Shown here one piece after another: positions 1 to 9,297 of a DNA stretch of 30,902 nt; within the stretch, counting starts at the first letter, position 1; every line of letters begins with the position of its first letter. The stretch is from positions 79,309-110,210 of IMG/VR virus record IMGVR_UViG_3300048588_000114. The stretch is one strand, 5' to 3'. The notes under the pieces were generated by a model, which saw nothing but the letters and a program-made list of their open reading frames with translations, was not told the DNA's origin and did no database searches. The position numbers and the translations under genes are program-made. The DNA comes from a virus. Its lineage: Duplodnaviria; Heunggongvirae; Uroviricota; Caudoviricetes.

Positions 1-735
1 CCTACGGAACTCATCTCTCAATATCTATTTGGCCTACCTCTCTGTACAAGAGACGGTAGGCAAATAGAGAGTTCCACAATCACTCAGAAAATTCTCACTG
101 TTCAGCAGCGAATCGAACGCTACCTAATGGTCAAACTTAGGAGACAGTACTTCTCTGAACAAAGGGATTTTATGAGAGGTGACTATTTCTCATGGGGTTT
201 CACTTCTTTATCCTATCCTTTGGTAGAGCCTCTTAGCTTAACCGGGTGGATAAATTCAACTAAGCAAACAACTTTCCCATTGAATTGGATTTCTCGTGCC
301 AAGAGCAGTCAGGAAGACCATCAAACCAATAGGAATTTACATATTATACCGGGGGGTGATTCCTCTCCTACGACAAATTCAGTAGTGTTTTTAGGTATTG
401 TTCCTAATTTGAATTACTTAGGTATGCAAAACATCCCTAATTACTGGACTGTTGAGTATGTCACTGGATTCAAGCAAGTGCCTCCTGATATCTTAGACGC
501 TGTTGGTAAAATGGCCGCTATTGAGATTTTAGCTATGATAGGCGATTTAGTCCTTCACCCAGGAATATCATCTACTTCTCTAAGTTTTGATGGACTTTCT
601 GAAAGTCTCTCTACTACTAAGAGCGGTCAAACCAGTGCTTACTCAGCCCGGATGAAGGGGTATGCTGATGATCTGAAGACACAGCTGAGTGATCTGAAGA
701 ATTTTTACAAAGGAATGTCTTTCATGACTATGTAG
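1..735 (+). CDS. Head-tail adaptor (neck) protein, 5'-truncated by the window edge
   Basis: Frame 1 is open from base 1 (PTELISQYLFGLPLCTRDGRQIESS...), so the true start lies before the window and 127 is internal. The motifs YLFG, VEYVTG..VPPDI and PGISSTSLSFDGLSESLSTT match my recall of the phage K/SPO1-type adaptor C-terminus. It lies directly before the stopper-like gene. Confidence 0.75.
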   Translation, partial: PTELISQYLFGLPLCTRDGRQIESSTITQKILTVQQRIERYLMVKLRRQYFSEQRDFMRGDYFSWGFTSLSYPLVEPLSLTGWINSTKQTTFPLNWISRAKSSQEDHQTNRNLHIIPGGDSSPTTNSVVFLGIVPNLNYLGMQNIPNYWTVEYVTGFKQVPPDILDAVGKMAAIEILAMIGDLVLHPGISSTSLSFDGLSESLSTTKSGQTSAYSARMKGYADDLKTQLSDLKNFYKGMSFMTM

Positions 736-738
736 ATT

Positions 739-1695
739 ATGGCTAATAGAGATTCACATAAGAAACCTGTAATCTATGAAGTACCACCAGAAACTGGTGC
801 TTTACCTGTTGCTACCCTAAATAAGCAGGATTTTGATGATACAGTATTTAGTAAAGGCTATGATGCATACATAGAGAAGGCGATGAAATGCGCTTGTGTT
901 CTATCGGAGAATGGCAATGCCTTGCCAAGCTGTAGGAACTGTGGTGGAACAAGCTGGATATTCATAAATAAGAGACGCACCAAAGTGGTGTCTCAGTCTA
1001 TGAATAAGCAAACCAAATTTCTTCAATGGTCAGAAGCCGATAGGGGAACGGTGTCAATAACTGTCCGGGCAGAGGATAGTGTAGCGTTCATGGATAGGGT
1101 AACGAATTTGAACCTTGTATCAACTTATTCTGAGACACTAAAGGTGCAGAAGTTGGATGGTAAATTAGTGGCTTATACCATATATCCTATCATTGTTCCT
1201 ACGGAGGCATATATTTTCGATAAAGATGACAAACCGCTTAGACAAATACAGCTTGGCGTTGATTTCACAATTGAAGATAATAGGATTATATTAGACTACG
1301 GAAAATACAAAGGTCTGTTGGTGGAAAAGATTGCTGTATCCATTAGATATACGCACTACCCTCAGTATCATGTATTAGACATAACAAGAGATGCGGTTGC
1401 TCAAAGAGGCGCAGCCCATTCTTGCGAGAATCCCGAAGTTAATGATCAATATGCTCCACTACCGATACACTTTGTAGCAAGAAAAGCTCATTTTCTTTTA
1501 GATGAGCCTAATAATCGTGGTTTAGGTCTATTTGATAATACATATATACCTAATAATACATTGACACTATTGATGGATTCAATGCCATTTAGTCTAAATT
1601 ATTGGATAATTAGGAGCACCGCAGCAGAAATAGCTGAGTCAATAACATCATTGGATGACCCAACTAAACAAAGTACTATAAAAAATTTACTATAA
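739..1695 (+). CDS. Head closure/stopper neck protein with Cys cluster (CAC-x10-CxxC)
   Basis: Contains KGYDAYIEKAMKCAC...CRNCGG, YHVLDI and LPIHFVARK, which parallel the Kayvirus post-adaptor protein (LWE..Y.CPC...CP.CHG). Synteny agrees. Confidence 0.7.
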   Translation: MANRDSHKKPVIYEVPPETGALPVATLNKQDFDDTVFSKGYDAYIEKAMKCACVLSENGNALPSCRNCGGTSWIFINKRRTKVVSQSMNKQTKFLQWSEADRGTVSITVRAEDSVAFMDRVTNLNLVSTYSETLKVQKLDGKLVAYTIYPIIVPTEAYIFDKDDKPLRQIQLGVDFTIEDNRIILDYGKYKGLLVEKIAVSIRYTHYPQYHVLDITRDAVAQRGAAHSCENPEVNDQYAPLPIHFVARKAHFLLDEPNNRGLGLFDNTYIPNNTLTLLMDSMPFSLNYWIIRSTAAEIAESITSLDDPTKQSTIKNLL

Positions 1696-1720
1696 GCAAT
1701 CAAAAATTAGATTTTAGGCT

Positions 1721-4252
1721 ATGAAAAACAGCAATTCCCAGTCAGTATTTATATTCAAAGGGTATAACACATACAAAGATAGTTCAATCCATATTGTTGC
1801 CTATAAGAGCATTTTAGGAGTGACGGATGCTCAACAAACAACAGGGGTTGATTTGACTACCCGTTATACTTTGATGAGCATTCAATATAGTGACTATATC
1901 AAGAAACATCCTATTAGCTTTCATCTTAGAGAAGGTTTTGTATATTCAGTTCAAGAAATTGCTAATGCTGCAGAAACAATAGATTTTGAGGCATATGTAT
2001 CAGACCCTACTGATGGAACTATAAATCCAATATCCACATTATTCTATTTGATGGGAACCACTCCATTAGGAGGTGAAGGGGCTGGAGCTATGTTGACTAT
2101 TAGGCCTGGTAATGGAGGCACTATATCTTCTAAATTTCTACCAATAAATGCTGGAGCTAATCAATCTAATGCTGTAAATGTGGTAAAGGCAACAAATGGG
2201 AAACTATATTCAACAACAATTATTGGTGGTTTAAGTAATTTTGGCACTCTATTTGAATATGATCAAGCTACTAATACATATAGGGTTTTAGTTCATTTTT
2301 CTGGTAATACTGGAAATTTTCAAGGCACTCAACCGTGTTGTCTAATTCAAGCAGCTAATGGAAAACTTTATGGTGGAACTAATATAGGAGGTGCTAATAA
2401 TTTGGGCGCTCTATTTGAGTATGATTTAGTAACTTCAACCTATACTGTAAAAGTAAATTTAACAGGAAATGTTGGGACGCAATTAGGGGCTAGAATTACT
2501 GGGAGAATGGTTGAATCAGGTGGTAAATTATATGGTACTTGTCGTTTAGGCGGCACTAATAATTTAGGAACAATTTTTGAATATGATTATGTGAACAATG
2601 TGTTTACTAAATTGTATAATTTTGCAACTGCTGATGGGTCTAATCCGGCAGGTGGTTTATTTGAGACTTCTCCCGGCGTGTTCTATGGCATGTGTAATGC
2701 TGCGGGGTCTGGTTCACCAGCAGGTGGAACAATTTTTTCTTATGATAAAAACACTTCTACTTTTACTAAGTGGTATGATTTTTTAACTGGGGCAGCAAAT
2801 CCGGGGGCTAATCCAAATGGAGTTTTTGTGATGGTTGGAGGTAAATTGTATGGATTCGCAGCATCAGGAGGAACTGGTAATAGTGGAACCATATTTGAAC
2901 ATGTTATTGGAACCTCTACAATTACTAAATTACATGATGCTAATATAAATACTGTAGGTGGCTCATTGAATGGAAGCCCAGTTGTGGGTTCTGATGGGCT
3001 TATTTATGGTGTTAAAAGAACTTTAACCGGAGCCCAAGGAACTCTATTCTCATTCAATGTAACTGGCAGTGTTTATACTAATTTGGCTACATTTGTAACG
3101 GGTGTGTCCACTGGGCAGAACCCCCAAGGTACTCTTTTAGAGACTTCTCCCGGTGTGTTCTATGGTGTGTCTACTAGTGGTGGAAGGGCTAATGGAGGCA
3201 CTATTTTTGAGTTTCTAACTGCTGGGAATGTTTTGACTAAAAAAATTGATTTGAATTATGGCGATGTTAAGCAAATTAGAGGTTCTGTAATACGCTCTTC
3301 TAATGGTAAGTACTACGGCATGTCTGCTCAGGGTGGCGAAAATGTTACTGACAATACTAGCGGATGCATATTTGAGTTTATTCCTTCTACGGGTGTTTTT
3401 GTAAAATTAGCTAATTTATCTGCTTCAACGGGTATAGGCCCAACAGGCCGCTTGGTTGAGCATTCAAATGGCTTATTATATGGAATAACAGCAACAACAT
3501 TAATTTCATTCAATAAGAATACTAATGTTGTAACTAATTTACAAGGTAGTCTAGGTAATTCCACGCCAGGGACATCACCAGTGATTGCTCCTAATGGTAA
3601 ATTATATTGGAAAACATCGGGTGATGGAGTTAATTTTTGCGGGAGATTGTGGGAATATGACCCCTTTTCAGGCGTTGCAACTAATAAAGGAGATTTTGTT
3701 AATGCTTTAAATGGCGATGACCCTAATTGGTCTTGGTTTAATGATGCTAATGAATTTCTGCTTTATGATGGGTATCTATATGCTTCTGCTCTATTTAATG
3801 GTTTCTCTATTAAAAGATACAATGCTAGTAATAATACTTATGAATGGCAAACAGGGTATGTTCAAGGCCCATCTCATCCAGCAACAGACCCTTTTGGCCC
3901 TCAAGGAACTCTGACATTAGCTAGCAACGGTTTGATGTATGGTCTTTCTGGCGGTGGAGCAAATAATTGCGGAACGCTGTACTCATTTAATCCTATAACT
4001 AAGGAAGTTAGGAAATGCGTTGATTTAGATGCCTATGGAAGCACTTCATCAACTGGTCAAAAAGGTCATATTACAGAATTCAATAAGAAACTTTATTGGA
4101 TGTCTGGCTTAGGTGGGGCAAATTCAGTTGGTAGTGTTTTTGAGTATGATATTGAAACACAGGAGACTAAATTGTTGCTTGATTTTAATTTATATACCAC
4201 CGGAGGCTCTAATACATACATAAGTTCTAAATTTGTGGTAATAAGAAAATAA
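1721..4252 (+). CDS. GloVer (Gloeo_Verruco, TIGR03803-type) tandem-repeat beta-propeller protein, about 14 blades, with an approximately 105-aa N-terminal domain
   Basis: 13 full ~50-55 aa repeats of consensus (N/G)GKLYG...GG....GT(I/L)FE(Y/F)D, plus one partial N-terminal blade. No signal peptide and no C-terminal T9SS sorting domain seen. Confidence 0.85.
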   Translation: MKNSNSQSVFIFKGYNTYKDSSIHIVAYKSILGVTDAQQTTGVDLTTRYTLMSIQYSDYIKKHPISFHLREGFVYSVQEIANAAETIDFEAYVSDPTDGTINPISTLFYLMGTTPLGGEGAGAMLTIRPGNGGTISSKFLPINAGANQSNAVNVVKATNGKLYSTTIIGGLSNFGTLFEYDQATNTYRVLVHFSGNTGNFQGTQPCCLIQAANGKLYGGTNIGGANNLGALFEYDLVTSTYTVKVNLTGNVGTQLGARITGRMVESGGKLYGTCRLGGTNNLGTIFEYDYVNNVFTKLYNFATADGSNPAGGLFETSPGVFYGMCNAAGSGSPAGGTIFSYDKNTSTFTKWYDFLTGAANPGANPNGVFVMVGGKLYGFAASGGTGNSGTIFEHVIGTSTITKLHDANINTVGGSLNGSPVVGSDGLIYGVKRTLTGAQGTLFSFNVTGSVYTNLATFVTGVSTGQNPQGTLLETSPGVFYGVSTSGGRANGGTIFEFLTAGNVLTKKIDLNYGDVKQIRGSVIRSSNGKYYGMSAQGGENVTDNTSGCIFEFIPSTGVFVKLANLSASTGIGPTGRLVEHSNGLLYGITATTLISFNKNTNVVTNLQGSLGNSTPGTSPVIAPNGKLYWKTSGDGVNFCGRLWEYDPFSGVATNKGDFVNALNGDDPNWSWFNDANEFLLYDGYLYASALFNGFSIKRYNASNNTYEWQTGYVQGPSHPATDPFGPQGTLTLASNGLMYGLSGGGANNCGTLYSFNPITKEVRKCVDLDAYGSTSSTGQKGHITEFNKKLYWMSGLGGANSVGSVFEYDIETQETKLLLDFNLYTTGGSNTYISSKFVVIRK
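2663..3165 (+). repeat. 26-nt direct repeat GAGACTTCTCCCGG(C/T)GTGTTCTATGG at 2663-2688 and 3140-3165 (both encode ETSPGVFYG)
   Basis: Read directly: 25/26 identical. The spacing is 477 nt = 159 codons = three repeat units. Confidence 0.9.
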
Positions 4253-4270
4253 CTAATAAATCTAAATAAA

Positions 4271-4492
4271 ATGGAAAAGTACAAAGGTTCATTCTGGAAA
4301 CTCTTAGTTGAGAGTAAAAGAATATGGGGAGTATTGTTTATTTTACTAATAATTTGTTGTGTGACCTATCAGGCACTGTTCAATGATTGGACTTACATTT
4401 ATGGGACATTAGGCTTCTGTGTCCCGTTGGTATTGCTACTAATAATGAATAGTATCCATCTAAAGGAATTAAGAAACGGCAAATCATCTTAG
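4271..4492 (+). CDS. Small membrane protein with two hydrophobic segments (holin-like topology)
   Basis: 73 aa. Hydrophobic stretches IWGVLFILLIICCVTY and IYGTLGFCVPLVLLLIM, with a basic N- and C-terminus. A-rich leader (ctaaataaaATG). Confidence 0.6.
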   Translation: MEKYKGSFWKLLVESKRIWGVLFILLIICCVTYQALFNDWTYIYGTLGFCVPLVLLLIMNSIHLKELRNGKSS

Positions 4493-4497
4493 TATTT

Positions 4498-5001
4498 ATG
4501 GAAACAGCAATTTACATAATCATATCAGTTGTTCTGATATTTAGTGTTAGAGTATTGGATGCCATTAAAAGTGGTTGTTTTTATGCCGCACGAAGAAGAG
4601 AGGAGCCAAAAGAATTGAAGAAATATATGGATAATCTTCATTTTGTACAAACGCCTTTCTGGTATTGTCTATTTGGAGCATTTTTCATGTTGCTGTTCAC
4701 CATATTTAGACTAATAAACCCGGAAGTGAGTCTTGTATCAATTTCTTTAAATCTACTATATTCTTGGCTGATAGCTCAAGGTACTTCTGCCATAGCTGGA
4801 TATCACTATCAAAAATATATAAATATTGGTAGCGGCGTACCAGCAATTGACCCTAATGAAAATAAGAAAATGGAGTTTGCTAATCCATTTACCAGTAAAA
4901 CAATATGGATAAGAAGATTTTGGAGAGGAAAAATTAGATACTATCTACCATTTATATGGTTGCCGATTGTATTATTAGTGATTTATTTAGCTATTTTCTA
5001 G
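4498..5001 (+). CDS. Hypothetical multi-pass membrane protein
   Basis: 167 aa with about 4 hydrophobic segments (AIYIIISVVLIFSV; FWYCLFGAFFMLLFTIF; LVSISLNLLYSWLIA; LPFIWLPIVLLVIYLAIF). Confidence 0.65.
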   Translation: METAIYIIISVVLIFSVRVLDAIKSGCFYAARRREEPKELKKYMDNLHFVQTPFWYCLFGAFFMLLFTIFRLINPEVSLVSISLNLLYSWLIAQGTSAIAGYHYQKYINIGSGVPAIDPNENKKMEFANPFTSKTIWIRRFWRGKIRYYLPFIWLPIVLLVIYLAIF

Positions 5002-5005
5002 CTTA

Positions 5006-5797
5006 ATGAAAGGGAGAATCAAAATAGATTTAAGTGAAGTAATTGAGGAACTTGCTCTTTCTAAAAAGCAGACTGAGAAAATGTGTAAGGCCGTCTTGAG
5101 CGGCGTGTCCCAGGAGATAGCAAACAATTGGAGGCAATTGGCCTCTAAAGAGCTTAAATCAAGCCGAGCAGACTATATCCGAGGGATAGTTGTAATTGAG
5201 GAAGGAAGATTGACGAATGCCATAATACTAAAAGGGGCATTCAACAATAAAATGGAAAGTGGCTCTGCTCCATGGGATATGAAGAAATTCTTTGAAAAAT
5301 CCCCTAAAGCTAAGAGAACAAAGAATGGCGGGTGGTATTTGCGCATACCGTTTAGATTCTCCACACCAGATGCTTTAGGAGAAAATAGTGCTTTTTCTAA
5401 TTCAATGCCTAAAGAGGTTTATGATGTGGCTAAGAATCTAACTCCTGAGAAAACTACATTAGGAGGGACTAGATTACAGAAAGGCAAAGGCATGACTAGA
5501 GATGAGATTCCTGTAGCCTTTAGGGATGTCATAACAAGAAAAGGCCGTGATGGTTTTGAAGACTATACTCATAAGAGTTCAATCTATGAGGGTATGTTCA
5601 GGACAGAGAGAATGAAGTCAAATGGGCAGCGAGAAAGCACCTATATGACGATTCGTACAGCTTCCTCCAATAGTGATCCAGCCTCATGGATTCATCCCGG
5701 TTTTAAGCCGTTGAACTTAGCGGATAAGGCACAAACGATGACTGATGTGGATATGATAGTGAATAATATTGTGGATAAATTTATAGCCAACCTATGA
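5006..5797 (+). CDS. Neck/tail-completion protein (Herelleviridae-type, Ne1/HK97 gp10-like position)
   Basis: KFFEKSPKAKRTKNGGWYLRIPFR and YMTIRTASSNSDPASWI match the conserved motifs I recall from the phage K protein preceding the terminator (KK..KDGGWYL.VPIR; FRTVSSKSPASSWI). Confidence 0.7.
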   Translation: MKGRIKIDLSEVIEELALSKKQTEKMCKAVLSGVSQEIANNWRQLASKELKSSRADYIRGIVVIEEGRLTNAIILKGAFNNKMESGSAPWDMKKFFEKSPKAKRTKNGGWYLRIPFRFSTPDALGENSAFSNSMPKEVYDVAKNLTPEKTTLGGTRLQKGKGMTRDEIPVAFRDVITRKGRDGFEDYTHKSSIYEGMFRTERMKSNGQRESTYMTIRTASSNSDPASWIHPGFKPLNLADKAQTMTDVDMIVNNIVDKFIANL

Positions 5798-6492
5798 GCA
5801 ATACAGCGATACTAATACCTGAAATTGAAATCTACGAAACTCTAACTAATATATTGGAGTTCGTTAAGAAAGACTACGAATCCAAGCCTGATAAAAAGAA
5901 AACCTTTCTTTACCATGTTTTTGGGAAACGCCCGGATGGACGTGACCTGAAGCTAGGAACGATGAATCTATATGATCAGGCTGTAGATATAATCATTAAC
6001 GGAGGGAAAGAAAAGAAGCGACAAGTGGAGGTTACAGTGGGCTATAATCTATCAAGAATGGCCTTACCTACATTTCATATTGTAATGCCTTCTGAAAGCC
6101 CTAAAAATGCTGGAATAGGGGATAATCGGGGTTACACTGAGCCTATCCTTGATGTGACTAATAGTGTGAAATTCGATACCGTTACACAGGATTCTTCTGT
6201 AGTTTACACCATCATCATCACATCAGACAATGTAAATGAGTGTTTAATCCTATATAATTTCTTGAAGGCGGCATTCTTAGGATTTAAGCTACAATTAGAA
6301 CTATCCGGCTTTCAAAACGTTCGTAGTGGCGGCACTGATCTAAATATTTCCGAAGACCTCATACCAGTCCATATTTATCACCGTAGCTTCAATCTGAGCT
6401 TTGACTACGACTATACAACCGTAGATATGTTTGGCGAAGGCTATATCAAAACTATGAGTTTCGACATCAAGCCAGTTGAGAAGACAGACTAA
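5794..6492 (+). CDS. Tail terminator / tail-to-neck junction protein
   Basis: EVTVGYN motif, beta-rich C-terminal half, position just before the small protein and sheath as in K/SPO1. ATGA overlap with the previous gene. Confidence 0.65.
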   Translation: MSNTAILIPEIEIYETLTNILEFVKKDYESKPDKKKTFLYHVFGKRPDGRDLKLGTMNLYDQAVDIIINGGKEKKRQVEVTVGYNLSRMALPTFHIVMPSESPKNAGIGDNRGYTEPILDVTNSVKFDTVTQDSSVVYTIIITSDNVNECLILYNFLKAAFLGFKLQLELSGFQNVRSGGTDLNISEDLIPVHIYHRSFNLSFDYDYTTVDMFGEGYIKTMSFDIKPVEKTD

Positions 6493-6497
6493 CCGGG

Positions 6498-6510
6498 CGA
6501 CAGTTATAAA
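6498..6510 (+). promoter_or_regulatory. CnAMMGTTATWWA motif copy 1 (CGACAGTTATAAA), candidate phage late promoter
   Basis: Intergenic, ending 21 nt before ATG 6532. One of four similarly placed copies. Confidence 0.6.
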
Positions 6511-6531
6511 ACCATTAAAATCCTGAATAAA

Positions 6532-6753
6532 ATGGCCAAAAAGAACGAAGAATCAAATGGGGAAGAGACTCAATCAGGCTCAACCTCTACTCCTGTGGAG
6601 CCTCAGAAAATAAGGCTCATTCAATTCTGTGATAGTCAAGGGGTTAATGATGTTGACCGCAATGCTGTATTTATGAAATATGGCAAACTGACTGAAAAGA
6701 CAGAGAAAGAGTGGATTGAATTGTTAAGTTCTAAAATTACACTAAAGAAATAA
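6532..6753 (+). CDS. Small protein immediately upstream of the tail sheath
   Basis: 73 aa with an A-rich leader. A similarly sized gene precedes the sheath in K-like phages. Confidence 0.65.
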   Translation: MAKKNEESNGEETQSGSTSTPVEPQKIRLIQFCDSQGVNDVDRNAVFMKYGKLTEKTEKEWIELLSSKITLKK

Positions 6754-6763
6754 ATCATAGATC

Positions 6764-8743
6764 ATGAAAGTCATAACATTTGATGGTAAGCAAATAATTG
6801 AGCCGGGCGCATACTCTTCCGTTGTAGGAGGAGAGCCGGATGCACCGGAGGCAGCAACCTCTGGAAATTGTGTATTCATAGATACTGGCTCAATGGCTAA
6901 GTATGGATATGGTTCCGGAATCACTGGCTCTCAGGCCAGCGGAGCAAACGCAATCTACCCTTTTACTAATCTTGATGACTTCAAGAAAGCCATCGGTGGT
7001 GGAGTTATGTGGGATGCGTCAAATTGGCTTTGGAAGCCGTCTAAAGCCCTGAATGTTCAGGGTATTCAAAAATTATTCCTCATTCACGCCCGGACTACAA
7101 CTAAGGCTTCGCTAACAATGACCTTTGTAGGAGGTGGTACGAAAGCATCAGGCACTATTACTTTTGCTGCTCTGCCGCTTGACTTAGCTACAATTACACT
7201 AAACGGCGTGGCATACACCTTTAAAGATACACCAACACTAGCTACTCACATTCAGATAGCCACTTCTATTTCAGAAACAATGGTTAATATTGCTGAGAAG
7301 TTAGCTCAGTCACAGAATGCTTCTTTAACAGTTGCTCAATATATTGCAGAGCCAACATTGCTCCGTGTAGTATATAAGACAGCTGGTACTGGTGGTAATG
7401 CTTATACCTTAGCTGCTTCAGTGGCTACTCCATCAGCAGGAACTTTAACTGGTGGATTGGCTGGCTCAGGCGCTAATGGTGGTGTATTTGTTGTAGACGC
7501 TATCACAGAAGGAGTAGGCGCTAATGGTCTTTTAGATCCAACATCTTCTGATCTTTATACTGGTTTTGCGATGAAATTGGTTGCTGGTGTGGTTGATCCA
7601 GCCAAGTTCTCAGTTGAGTTTTATCGTGGTCAATATCGGGGCTTAGATTGGAACAGTGTTCCATTCGATGATATTTCTCGTGCTTTGTCGGCTCCTGTTC
7701 TGTTGGCTAAATCTTCTGAATTCGCCACCTTACAAGAGCTATTTGACTGGGCTGATGAGGATGTATCATTTGCGCTTTGGTTCACTCGTAATAAGACCGC
7801 TTCAAGCATTAACGCTACAGGCGCACTTCTTGCCGCTGATACAACTACATATTCTGGCTATAACCTCTTTATCAAAGGCTCTGAAAGCTATAGTCCTTCT
7901 GACCTCACGAAGGTTTATGAGTATATCAAAGAATTAGATTATAGCTTCATGCTTAGTGATAAGTATGAGGATGATGCTGATGATACCGTTAACTATCAGC
8001 ACATCTCCCATATTAATCTAAAGAGCGAATTCAAACGCACCATGTATATTGGTGGAGGAGCCGATGCTACTAAGTTCTCTCAATCTGGTGGTTCCATTCC
8101 AGTGGCGGCTACATTTGATGATGAGAATGTTCACATTGTTCATAGCCGTACCGGGAAAACCAACAGTAATAATGTGTTAAAGGAATACCCTACCTTGTAT
8201 CATGCCGCTGCTGCTTTAGGACGTGCTGCTGGAGCCACTGCTCAAACGCCAATGACTTTCAAAGACCTCGATTTTACTATGGTTAAGCACATTCTATCTG
8301 AGGATGAGCGTAAAACAGCTATTCAAGCTGGTGTTCAGCACCTACGTTCTGTAGATGGAATCAGTGGTTTGGTGGTTAATCTGGATGGTAATACTAAGCA
8401 ACGTAACAAGCAAGATATTTATGCTGACGGTACAAGCCCATTCGGGTCTATTGTGAGAATTAAAAATCTTCTTAACCGTACAATTGCTAAGAACTGCCGT
8501 GTTAGATTCGTAGGACAAAACGCTAACCTAGCCTCACCAGCAGATGTGAAGTCATACATTGAGACAATTCTCTCACAATCTACCTGTACTAAGACAGAAG
8601 ACAACTTGATTTTGTCTTCTAAGAATGTGAAGGCAGTCTTGAATGGCTCTGACTACAGAGTAACTTATGGATTTGTTCCAAATGGCCCGGTTAACAGGTT
8701 ATTCATCACTGGAACAATGTTCAATGTGTCCGCTGCTGCATAA
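6764..8743 (+). CDS. Contractile tail sheath protein (with an inserted domain at about aa 126-234)
   Basis: 659 aa. The N-terminus F.GKQIIEPGAY and the C-terminal FVG.....ASPADVKSYIETIL...YRVTYGFVPNGPVNRLFITG are typical of sheaths. Directly upstream of the tube gene. Confidence 0.9.
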   Translation: MKVITFDGKQIIEPGAYSSVVGGEPDAPEAATSGNCVFIDTGSMAKYGYGSGITGSQASGANAIYPFTNLDDFKKAIGGGVMWDASNWLWKPSKALNVQGIQKLFLIHARTTTKASLTMTFVGGGTKASGTITFAALPLDLATITLNGVAYTFKDTPTLATHIQIATSISETMVNIAEKLAQSQNASLTVAQYIAEPTLLRVVYKTAGTGGNAYTLAASVATPSAGTLTGGLAGSGANGGVFVVDAITEGVGANGLLDPTSSDLYTGFAMKLVAGVVDPAKFSVEFYRGQYRGLDWNSVPFDDISRALSAPVLLAKSSEFATLQELFDWADEDVSFALWFTRNKTASSINATGALLAADTTTYSGYNLFIKGSESYSPSDLTKVYEYIKELDYSFMLSDKYEDDADDTVNYQHISHINLKSEFKRTMYIGGGADATKFSQSGGSIPVAATFDDENVHIVHSRTGKTNSNNVLKEYPTLYHAAAALGRAAGATAQTPMTFKDLDFTMVKHILSEDERKTAIQAGVQHLRSVDGISGLVVNLDGNTKQRNKQDIYADGTSPFGSIVRIKNLLNRTIAKNCRVRFVGQNANLASPADVKSYIETILSQSTCTKTEDNLILSSKNVKAVLNGSDYRVTYGFVPNGPVNRLFITGTMFNVSAAA

Positions 8744-8787
8744 TTTGTAATTAAATCAATCACTAACGCTAAGAAACATTAGATAAA

Positions 8788-9267
8788 ATGGCAAACACAA
8801 AAACAATGACCGCTCCTCTCGCCATCATAAAGGTAGGCGGTGTCCCTGTTGGGAAAATGAGGAACATTCGTCTCACTGAGAATATCAGACGGGGAAAGGT
8901 GCTGGGCATTGGCTCACTAAATCCTTCTGAACTCCCGGCTTTGGAGTGGGACGGTCAATTGAATTGCTCAGCATATTTGATTGATTTCTCCACAGAAATC
9001 GCTAAAGAAGCATTGCTCAGAACGGTTCAAACCGTTGATCAGTTCGTTGATACTATCCTTCTACAGGATAATGGTATCACGATAGATATAATGCGCAAAG
9101 TATTAGATCAAACCTTGGCCAATGGTGTAAAAGTGCCTAAATTAGAGGTATTTGCCTCAATTAAGGGCTGTTTCATTACAAGGGAAGGTTTTGATATCTC
9201 TGAAAGCCAGATTTCTGGTAGAGATGCTGACTTTGAGTATATCACCCCGGTGATCTTTCCTCAATAA
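8788..9267 (+). CDS. Tail tube protein
   Basis: 159 aa. IIKVGGVPVGK, V.GIGSLNPSE and GC.IT....DFEY fit the SPO1/K-type tube. Follows the sheath. Confidence 0.85.
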   Translation: MANTKTMTAPLAIIKVGGVPVGKMRNIRLTENIRRGKVLGIGSLNPSELPALEWDGQLNCSAYLIDFSTEIAKEALLRTVQTVDQFVDTILLQDNGITIDIMRKVLDQTLANGVKVPKLEVFASIKGCFITREGFDISESQISGRDADFEYITPVIFPQ

Positions 9268-9297
9268 TCGGTGAATTGTTGTTTATTTGTTTAGGAG

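Noticed and set aside
733-741. TAG stops followed in frame by ATG after 3 nt (733-741 and 16247-16255), suggesting TAG recoding (code 15)
   Set aside because: Long genes have no internal TAG, these stops fall where homologous proteins end, and the same 3-nt spacer follows a TAA at 20758-20762. Standard code 11 fits.
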